Shown here: positions 9,062-16,821 of the stretch, one piece after another
Position numbering within the stretch: position 1 is the first letter of the stretch
How the letters are laid out: every line of letters begins with the position of its first letter
Source: Bacillota bacterium
GTDB lineage: Bacteria; Bacillota; Halanaerobiia; Halanaerobiales; DATFIM01
Assembly (NCBI GenBank): GCA_051744805.1
Contig: JBNJDK010000005.1
Span: 1 to 52,382, forward strand
Direction of reading: 5' to 3'
DNA length: 52,382 bases
Translations under genes and position numbers: made by a program
The notes under the pieces: model-generated
Databases searched by the model: none
Told to the model about the DNA's origin: nothing
Seen by the model: only the letters and a program-made list of their open reading frames with translations

Positions 9062-11683
9062 ATGAAAAAACGGCCACTGGCTAACATTATGGAAACAAAA
9101 TTTAAAAAATTAGTTTTGGTATTTTTTATATTCTTTACTGCAATGTTAATTATTGGAGCTTTTCTTTTATATAATCATTTTTATGAAAGTGCTAAAAATG
9201 ATGTATATAATGACATAAATTTTTATTTTATGGAACTGGATAATAATTTTTCAGTGATGGAAAATAGAGTGAATGATATTTTTAAAGAAGAGTTGAATGA
9301 TATCTATAATTCTTATAATAATGATTTTAATGTTGAAAAAGAAATTGTTAGTATCGAAAATAGGTTAACAAATATAGAAGCTTTAAATAATAATGTTGAA
9401 ATTGATGATTTGAATTACTATTTAATATCTAAAAACGGAGAAATTATTGAAAGCAGTTATGAAGAAGATTTAGGTCTTGATTTATCTGAAGATGACGAAA
9501 TATGGGGTAAATTAAGTTCTTTAAATAATGGAGAAGTTTTTCTGGATTCCTTTGATGATGAAAAAAGAAGCAATGATGTTAATATATATTCATATTTAAA
9601 ATTAGATAATGGAAATATATTTGAACTGGGACTATCTTTTTCCAATATAAATTCCATTATAAAAGATCAATTAAATTATTTATTAAGTGATAAAAAAACA
9701 AATATAACATTATATACTGAGGGTTATACCCCTTATTTTAATGATGGAAATAATTTAAATGATAATGAAAAAATAATATTTCAGGAGTCCATTAGTCAAA
9801 ATAAAACTATTGAAAAAAATGCAGGTTTTTTTGCTAAAAATTATTATAGAGGCTGGGAAAATAATTATGGTAATAGATTTGTAAAAGTTCAAGTCAAATA
9901 TAATTTATACAAAAATGCTTTATATATTTTATTGTTAATATTTATTTTTGTTTTAGGTTTTCAATTATTTCTTCATTATAGTTTCAAAGAAATTGTTGCT
10001 AGTGTGACAGGTCCTATTAGAAATTTATCTGAAAAAATGAATAATTTTACAATAAAAGAAAATATGAATTTTAATTTAAAAACTTCGGATATTAAAGAAA
10101 TTAATGATATTCAAGATAATTTCAAAGATATGATAGAAGAAGTAAATGCAAATTATGAACAATTAGAAGCATATAATAATGAAATTATAAATAAAAATGA
10201 AAGATTAAATGAAATTAATAAAGACTTAGATAAAAATAAAAGGAAATATAAAAATTTATTTAATAATATGTTAGATGGTTTTGCTTATTATAAAATTATT
10301 TATAATGATAAAATGGAAGCTATAGATTATCAATTAATTGAAGCAAATGAAGCTTTTAAAAATTTATTTAATTTGGATTCAGTCGAGAATTTAGAAAAAG
10401 ATTTTGAAGATTATTTTCCTATTTCAAAGAAAATATTTTTAAATAAATATAATGAAATAATAAAGGGCAAAAAAAATAATTTTCAGTTTGAAAAATATTT
10501 TTCAGATAAAGATCGCTGGCTTAATATAAATATATTTAGTACTTATAAAGGTTATTTAGCAACAGTGATATCAGATATAACAGAATTAAAAGAATCAAAG
10601 AGAGAATCAGAAAGATTAAGTACCAATCTCGAAAAAATCATTTCGCTAACTTCAGCTTTAGCAACTAATAATCTAGGAGAAAATAAATTTTTGCAAAGGT
10701 TATTAAAAACAGCAGTTGAGGTTATACCTGAAGCAGATTATGGTACAGTATATAAAAATGAAAATGGAAGTGTTAAATTTATTGATGCGATTGGACATGA
10801 TTTTGAAAAGTTTAAAAATCTATCTTTAGATAAAAAATATTTTTATAATAATAATGAAGAAATAGAAGTTATAGAAAATGTAATGAGAAAAAATGAAAGT
10901 AAATTTGATGATAAAAATCTTCAAATTTTGAAAGAAGGACAAAAGGAACTCAAAGAAACAATGACTTTTGATCTTATAGTAGATAATGAAATTGTTGCAG
11001 GTTTAAATTTAGATATAAAATTACAAAGTAAAGAAAAATTTGATGATTATTCTAAAAGATTATTTAAATCTTTAAAAAATATATCTACTTCATTTTATAA
11101 AATGAGAAAATATAATATATTACAAAATAAGTTTACTAAAGAATTAATTCTTTCTATAATTAGAATGTTAGAAATTCATGATTTATATACTAGAGGTCAT
11201 TCTGAAAAAGTAGCTAATTTATCAAAAATGATTGCAAAACAATTAAATCTTTCAGAAAAAAAGATGAATGATGCTTACTGGGCAGGAATGGTTCATGATA
11301 TTGGTAAAATACTTATTCCAGATTATATTTTAAATAAAAAATCTTCTTTAAAGGATAATGAATTTGAAATAATAAAAAAACATTCTGTCTGGGGTTATCA
11401 GACCTTATCAGCTACTGAAGATTTGCAAAATATAGCTAGATTTGTTTTATTTCACCATGAAAGGTGGGATGGAGAAGGTTATCCTCGTGGACTTAAAGGA
11501 GAAGAAATACCTTTAATTTCAAGAATATTAGCTGTTGCTGATGCCTGGGATGCAATGACAACTGATAGAGCTTATAGAAAAGCCCTTTCAAAAGAAGAAG
11601 CCATAAAAGAATTAAAAGATAATAAAGGAAAACAATTTGATCCAAAGATTGTAGATGCGTTTTTAAAAGGCCACTTATCATAA
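9062..11683 (+). CDS. Membrane-anchored HD-GYP phosphodiesterase (extracytoplasmic sensor, HAMP, PAS, GAF-like, HD-GYP)
   Basis: Two TM segments; HAMP-like TGPIRNL...EIN; PAS ending DITE; HDLYTRGHS, HDIGKI, HHERWDGEGYP and AVADAWDAM. Confidence 0.9.
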   Translation: MKKRPLANIMETKFKKLVLVFFIFFTAMLIIGAFLLYNHFYESAKNDVYNDINFYFMELDNNFSVMENRVNDIFKEELNDIYNSYNNDFNVEKEIVSIENRLTNIEALNNNVEIDDLNYYLISKNGEIIESSYEEDLGLDLSEDDEIWGKLSSLNNGEVFLDSFDDEKRSNDVNIYSYLKLDNGNIFELGLSFSNINSIIKDQLNYLLSDKKTNITLYTEGYTPYFNDGNNLNDNEKIIFQESISQNKTIEKNAGFFAKNYYRGWENNYGNRFVKVQVKYNLYKNALYILLLIFIFVLGFQLFLHYSFKEIVASVTGPIRNLSEKMNNFTIKENMNFNLKTSDIKEINDIQDNFKDMIEEVNANYEQLEAYNNEIINKNERLNEINKDLDKNKRKYKNLFNNMLDGFAYYKIIYNDKMEAIDYQLIEANEAFKNLFNLDSVENLEKDFEDYFPISKKIFLNKYNEIIKGKKNNFQFEKYFSDKDRWLNINIFSTYKGYLATVISDITELKESKRESERLSTNLEKIISLTSALATNNLGENKFLQRLLKTAVEVIPEADYGTVYKNENGSVKFIDAIGHDFEKFKNLSLDKKYFYNNNEEIEVIENVMRKNESKFDDKNLQILKEGQKELKETMTFDLIVDNEIVAGLNLDIKLQSKEKFDDYSKRLFKSLKNISTSFYKMRKYNILQNKFTKELILSIIRMLEIHDLYTRGHSEKVANLSKMIAKQLNLSEKKMNDAYWAGMVHDIGKILIPDYILNKKSSLKDNEFEIIKKHSVWGYQTLSATEDLQNIARFVLFHHERWDGEGYPRGLKGEEIPLISRILAVADAWDAMTTDRAYRKALSKEEAIKELKDNKGKQFDPKIVDAFLKGHLS

Positions 11684-11699
11684 ATAGTGGTCTTTTTTT
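11665..11699 (+). terminator. Intrinsic terminator overlapping the HD-GYP stop codon
   Basis: AAAAGGCCACT / AGTGGTCTTTT stem with a T7 run. Confidence 0.7.
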
Positions 11700-11713
11700 G
11701 TTTTATAGTAAGA

Positions 11714-11738
11714 AGGAATTTTGTCTTCCATACAGAAG
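11714..11738 (+). promoter_or_regulatory. SigH-like promoter upstream of the helicase-nuclease operon
   Basis: AGGA-17 nt-GAAG between the terminator and ATG 11780; the same motif recurs at five other 5' regions. Confidence 0.45.
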
Positions 11739-11779
11739 TTTGTATACTAGACGAGAATTTTAGGAAGGAAGATTTTAAT

Positions 11780-13774
11780 ATGTTAAAAATTTATAAAGGA
11801 CCTACAGGATCAGGTAAAACTTCAATTTTAGAAGAAAAATATAGAGAAAATGCTTTAAAAGTTGGTACTGAGGAAAATATTGTATTTTTAAAAAGTGCCA
11901 GTAGTGTTAATAATTGGAGAAATAATATTGATTTAAAGTATTTAGGTCCCCTTAATATATTTACTTATTTTGGATTTATTCAAAAAGAAATTAGAGATAA
12001 ATGGATTTATATTGAGAAAAATTTAGAAGGGTTAAGAAAAAAGGTTGAACCTACTTTTATGAATGTAGAAACTGCACATTTTGTTATGAGTAAATTTGTT
12101 GAAAAAAAACGAAAAAATAATGAAATTTTTGATTATATTAATGCAACTTCTTCACAAATAGCCGTACAATTAATTGATAATTTGAATTATGGAGCAATGA
12201 ATTGTCTTAATTTTGAGGAAATGGAAAAAAGATTACTTGATTGGGCTAATAAAGAAGAACAAAAACATAAAATTTTTAAAGAATCAATTAATATAATGAA
12301 AATTTTTAGAGAGTTTTGTATAAAGAACAGAGTTATTGATTACTCACTATTAGTTGATTTATATAATAAAATTCTGCTACCTAATGAAAATTATTTGAAT
12401 AAATTAAGAAATGAATTTTTCTATCTTTATGTTGATGATTTAGAGAAAACAGTACCAGCTGCTCAAAAGTTATATGAAATTTTAAATAATAATACAAAAA
12501 AAACTTATATGACTTTTAATCCTGAAGCTGGAATTAATAGATTTTTTGGAGGTAATCCTGTTTTAGCTAAAAAACAATTTTTAAATAAGGGACAAATAAT
12601 AGAATTTAGTAAATCTTTTACCTCATCAGAAGAATCTAGAGAATTAGCTAATGGTTTTAAAGAAAGAGTTTTAGGTAATAAAAACTCTTTAAAAACAAAA
12701 TATATTAAAGGTGAAATTGATACAGAATTAAGAGGAGATATGTTTATTAAAACTGCTAAAAAAGTTGTTGAATTAATAAAAAGCGGAATTAAACCTGGTG
12801 AAATTGCTCTGATTGCTCCTAATATAGATAAAGTAATGGAATTTACTTTAGAACATTATTTTGAAAATAAAGGTTATAATGTATATAATTTTAAAAATTC
12901 GAAGAGGTTAGTTGATATTCCTTTTGCACAGGCCCTTATCACATTAACTTTATTAACAAATCCTGACTGGAATATTAATATAGATTATTCTTCTTTACAT
13001 CAAACTATTAGTCTGCTTCTAGACCTTGATCCAGTAAGAAGTGGTTTGATTACAGAAGAAATTTTTAAAAATGCATATGTTTTACCTGAAATTAATAATC
13101 TTGCTTTAAGAGAGCGAGTGGGATTTAACAGCGCAGAAAAATATGACCATTTAAGAAATTGGGTTGAAGAAAAGAAAAATAGGGAGATAGAAGTTGCTCA
13201 TTTTTTCCAATTAGTTTTCGGAGAGCTTTTAGCTCCTTTATCACCAAGTGATGAAGATATTTTGGCATGTAGACAGATAATTGAATCAGTAAAAAAGTTT
13301 AAAAATGTAGTTGAAAGTTTTAAAGATTTTAATCAAAAAGAATTAGGAAAAGATTTTATAGAAATGATTTATAATGGAACAATAGCTGCTGAGGTTCTTT
13401 ATCAAAATGAACATACTGATGATGAAATAATATTAGCTACTCCCTATAAATTTCTTCAAAATCCTCAAATTGATTCAGTAAAATATATATTTTTATTAGA
13501 TATTTCCAGTAATAATTGGCTCAGAAGTATAGCAAAAGAATTATCTAATCCATATATTTTTTCTCCGCAATGGAAAAATGAAAGAAATTGGGATGATGAA
13601 CTTGATCAAAATTTAAGAAAAATACAATTAGTTGAGTTTTTTCAAAGTATAATAAGTAAATCTCAAGAAGGTTTGTATCTAAATGATAGTTACCTAAATA
13701 GTCAGGGTTGGGAACAAGAGGGGAAATTATATGATTGGCTGCAATTAAATAATGAGGTGATAGTAAATGATTGA
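11780..13774 (+). CDS. Degenerate SF1/UvrD-fold P-loop protein (AddB/RecC-like partner subunit without a nuclease domain)
   Basis: ATG 11780 after AGGAAGGAAG; N-terminal Walker A GPTGSGKT; IDYSLLV and LYVDDLE at UvrD LDFDDL/DEAQD positions; GIKPGEIALIAP; motifs V and VI not recognisable; stop overlaps the next start. Confidence 0.7.
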   Translation: MLKIYKGPTGSGKTSILEEKYRENALKVGTEENIVFLKSASSVNNWRNNIDLKYLGPLNIFTYFGFIQKEIRDKWIYIEKNLEGLRKKVEPTFMNVETAHFVMSKFVEKKRKNNEIFDYINATSSQIAVQLIDNLNYGAMNCLNFEEMEKRLLDWANKEEQKHKIFKESINIMKIFREFCIKNRVIDYSLLVDLYNKILLPNENYLNKLRNEFFYLYVDDLEKTVPAAQKLYEILNNNTKKTYMTFNPEAGINRFFGGNPVLAKKQFLNKGQIIEFSKSFTSSEESRELANGFKERVLGNKNSLKTKYIKGEIDTELRGDMFIKTAKKVVELIKSGIKPGEIALIAPNIDKVMEFTLEHYFENKGYNVYNFKNSKRLVDIPFAQALITLTLLTNPDWNINIDYSSLHQTISLLLDLDPVRSGLITEEIFKNAYVLPEINNLALRERVGFNSAEKYDHLRNWVEEKKNREIEVAHFFQLVFGELLAPLSPSDEDILACRQIIESVKKFKNVVESFKDFNQKELGKDFIEMIYNGTIAAEVLYQNEHTDDEIILATPYKFLQNPQIDSVKYIFLLDISSNNWLRSIAKELSNPYIFSPQWKNERNWDDELDQNLRKIQLVEFFQSIISKSQEGLYLNDSYLNSQGWEQEGKLYDWLQLNNEVIVND

Positions 13775-15992
13775 ACTTAGAAAAGGGCAGGATGAAGTTG
13801 CTGAATATAGAGAAGGTTATATGGCTGTTCCTGCTGTGCCGGGAGCAGGGAAAACAACTGTTCTTGCCTATCTTGCTGCTGATTTAATAGCTGAAAACTA
13901 TATTGATAATGGAAAATTGCTTATAGTAACTTACATGAATTCAGCGGTTGCTAATTTTAGAAATAGAATAGGAAATTATCTTGAAGAGAGAGGTCATTCA
14001 AGAAATAGAGGTTATGAAGTTCGAACTTTACATTCACTTGCTTTGAATATATTAAAAGAAAAGCCAGAATATATGTTAATAAATGATGAGTTTAGAATAA
14101 TTGATCCTCAAAAAAAGGGGAGAATTATTGGAGAAGTAATTGATGGTTGGTTAAGTGCTAATCCTGAAAGAAGTCTTAAACATTTTAGTTATCACCCTGC
14201 AGAAGGTGGCTATAATAGAGCGGAAGAACGATGGAAAGAAAAAGATTTTTATAAATTTATAAAATCTATGATTTCATATTTAAAATTATATAATTTTAAT
14301 AGAAGTAAAGCAATTTCTCTTAAAAACAGCTTGAAAAATGACTCATATTTAAGCTGGGCATTAGAAATTTTTGCTAATTATGATCGTTTATTACACCAGG
14401 AAGGTATGCTTGATTTTGATGATTTGATTATCCAGGCTTTGAACTTGTTAAAAAATGATGAAAAATTGCAAAAAAGATTAAGTAATAAATTCACTTATGT
14501 TTTTGAGGATGAAGCACAGGATTCTAACCATGTATTAAGTGAAATTTTGGAACTACTTGCTGGAAAAAATGGAAATTTAGTTAGAGTTGGTGATTCTAAC
14601 CAATCTATTATGGGAACCTTTACTTCAGCTGATCCTGAAGTTTTTCGTTCTTTTATTGAAAGAGATAGGGTTATCAGGAAAAATATTCTTTATTCCAGCA
14701 GAAGTACCATCGATATTATTAACCTGGCAAATCATTTGGTAAATTGGGTAGTAGAAAAACATCCAATTGATAAATGTAAAGAATCTTTAGAAGAAAAGTA
14801 TATTAAAGAAGTTCCTCCAGATGATCCAGCTCCAAATCCAGTTACAGAAAATTACACAATAGGACATAAAACATTTTCAGATTCAGAAAAAGAAATTAAA
14901 AATATTGCTGAACAGGCAGTTAAGCATGCTAATAGTAATCCAAATAATACTATAGGAATTTTAGTTCCTTCTAATTATACTGTTGATGACCTGGCCGGAT
15001 ATCTTTCCAAGTTTGATGTAGAGTATGAAAAGGTTAGTAATAGGTATGAGGATAAATTGACAATTATAAAAAATTATCGCTCATTAATAAATTTTTTGGC
15101 TGAACCACATAATAATAATTATTTTTCGGTTTGTCTAAATGAAGTTTTTCTACCTAAATATTTTGATGATATAGAAATTAATAATTCAATTAAAAATATT
15201 TTTTCTAATTTTAATTTAGAAGATATATTTTATCCTATTGGTGGAGAAGAAAAAACAAAAAATGAATTATTAGATATTATTCCTGATAAAAATAGAAATA
15301 AATTTAATGAAATGCTTGAGGAAATTTCTTATTACTTAGATGCAAGTATTAAACTTCCTCCAGATGAATTAATTTTATTTTTAGCTGAGAGAATGGAGTT
15401 AAAAGAAGAAGAATTAGCAATTGTCCAGAATATGGCTTTGAATATCAAAAGTGAGTTAGATTTACATCCTAATTGGAAATTAAAAGATATTGCAGATGAA
15501 TTTACTAGATTAGAGGAAAGTTTTGAAAGATTTGCAAAAAAAATATATGAAAGAAAAGGATTTGAACCTAAAAAAGGAATTATAACTATAACAACTGTTC
15601 ATAAAGCAAAAGGTATGGAGTGGGATACAGTTTTTTTAACTTATCTTACAGATGATTATTATCCTTCAACTATAGATGATAAATTTAGAGGTGAATATTA
15701 TTATTTAAAAGATGAATATAGTAATCCAAAAGCTATGGCAAAAGCTGAGCTAGAATATTACTTAAATGAAGAAAAATCAAAAAATCCTAAAAACATTGCC
15801 AGAATAGAACATATTAGTGAAAGATTACGTTTATTATATGTAGGAATTACAAGAGCAGAAAAAAATTTATTTTTGTCTGCCCATAAAGAAATAATCTATG
15901 ATAATGGGAGCAAAAAGGTAAATGAAGCTTTACCTTACAGGGTATTAAAAAAATTTATAAATAGAGAGAAGGCTAAATATGAAGATCAATAG
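13767..15992 (+). CDS. ATP-dependent SF1A (UvrD/PcrA-like) DNA helicase
   Basis: Q motif, AVPGAGKT, RTLHSLA, DEAQD, VGDSNQSI, SSRST, TVHKAKGMEWD and ERLRLLYVGITRA. Confidence 0.92.
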   Translation: MIELRKGQDEVAEYREGYMAVPAVPGAGKTTVLAYLAADLIAENYIDNGKLLIVTYMNSAVANFRNRIGNYLEERGHSRNRGYEVRTLHSLALNILKEKPEYMLINDEFRIIDPQKKGRIIGEVIDGWLSANPERSLKHFSYHPAEGGYNRAEERWKEKDFYKFIKSMISYLKLYNFNRSKAISLKNSLKNDSYLSWALEIFANYDRLLHQEGMLDFDDLIIQALNLLKNDEKLQKRLSNKFTYVFEDEAQDSNHVLSEILELLAGKNGNLVRVGDSNQSIMGTFTSADPEVFRSFIERDRVIRKNILYSSRSTIDIINLANHLVNWVVEKHPIDKCKESLEEKYIKEVPPDDPAPNPVTENYTIGHKTFSDSEKEIKNIAEQAVKHANSNPNNTIGILVPSNYTVDDLAGYLSKFDVEYEKVSNRYEDKLTIIKNYRSLINFLAEPHNNNYFSVCLNEVFLPKYFDDIEINNSIKNIFSNFNLEDIFYPIGGEEKTKNELLDIIPDKNRNKFNEMLEEISYYLDASIKLPPDELILFLAERMELKEEELAIVQNMALNIKSELDLHPNWKLKDIADEFTRLEESFERFAKKIYERKGFEPKKGIITITTVHKAKGMEWDTVFLTYLTDDYYPSTIDDKFRGEYYYLKDEYSNPKAMAKAELEYYLNEEKSKNPKNIARIEHISERLRLLYVGITRAEKNLFLSAHKEIIYDNGSKKVNEALPYRVLKKFINREKAKYEDQ

Positions 15993-16788
15993 TCTGGATG
16001 AACTTTATTTTAGTCAATTATCACTAACAGTTTATGATAATTGTCCACTTAAATTTAGGAGACGTTATTTAGATGGACTCTATTGGCCTGCTGACTGGAG
16101 TGAAAATTTTTCACAAAAAGAAATTGTAGAAAAAGGAAAAGAATTTCACCTTTTAGCTCAACGATATTATGATAGAGGAGAAATTATAGAAAAAGATTAT
16201 ATTTCTGAAGAGTTATTGAAGTGGTTTAATAAATTAAAAAAATTTCGGCCTTATAACAATACAGATAAATTTTCTCCGGAACATGAGTTAAGAATTAATA
16301 CAGAGAAAATAAAATTAGTAGCTAAATATGACCTCTTATATATTGACAAAAATAATAATGAATTAATCATTTATGACTGGAAAACTAATAAAAAAAGATT
16401 TATTCAAAACAAGTTAAAAGATAATTTGCAAACTAAGGTTTATCTTTATGTTCTTGCAGAAGCGGGGTCATTTTATTATTTGAAAGATAATTTTGATTTA
16501 AATAAGATGAGTATAATTTATTGGAATCCGCGTTATCCTAAGCAGACTATTAAGATTAGTTATAATAAAGAAAAATTCAGAAAGGATAAGAAGTTTTTAA
16601 AAAATAAGATTAAAGAAATTAAAAATCTTGATTATAATGATTTTGAGAAAACTGATAATAAAAAGGCTTGCAAATTTTGTGAATATAGACCTATTTGTTC
16701 AGGGAAAAAACCTGAAACAATTGAAGTGGGAGATGACGATATTGACCTTGAAATTGACTGGGATAATATCGATGAAATGTCTTTTTAA
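15979..16788 (+). CDS. Stand-alone PD-(D/E)XK (RecB/AddB/Cas4-like) nuclease with a probable 4Fe-4S staple
   Basis: S..SL..Y..CP..F, G..FH, KYDLL, IYDWKT, QxxxY (QTKVY) and C-terminal CKFCEYRPIC; overlaps the helicase stop. Confidence 0.9.
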   Translation: MKINSLDELYFSQLSLTVYDNCPLKFRRRYLDGLYWPADWSENFSQKEIVEKGKEFHLLAQRYYDRGEIIEKDYISEELLKWFNKLKKFRPYNNTDKFSPEHELRINTEKIKLVAKYDLLYIDKNNNELIIYDWKTNKKRFIQNKLKDNLQTKVYLYVLAEAGSFYYLKDNFDLNKMSIIYWNPRYPKQTIKISYNKEKFRKDKKFLKNKIKEIKNLDYNDFEKTDNKKACKFCEYRPICSGKKPETIEVGDDDIDLEIDWDNIDEMSF

Positions 16789-16821
16789 TATATTAAAAGT
16801 GAAATTTCAGGGAGAGATTTT

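Noticed and set aside
11687-11779. 31-aa N-terminal extension given in the ORF track
   Set aside because: It overlaps a terminator and a putative promoter. ATG 11780 has an SD and puts the Walker A at the N-terminus.
15979-16788. Cas4 / CRISPR-Cas locus
   Set aside because: The Cys pattern is Cas4-like, but I saw no repeat-spacer array, cas1 or cas2 in the window, and the context is helicase and recJ.
11780-16788. Anti-phage defence island (helicase plus nuclease)
   Set aside because: Not excluded, but disfavoured: it is embedded among housekeeping genes, coupled to recJ, has no obvious compositional shift, and has no mobile or defence neighbours.
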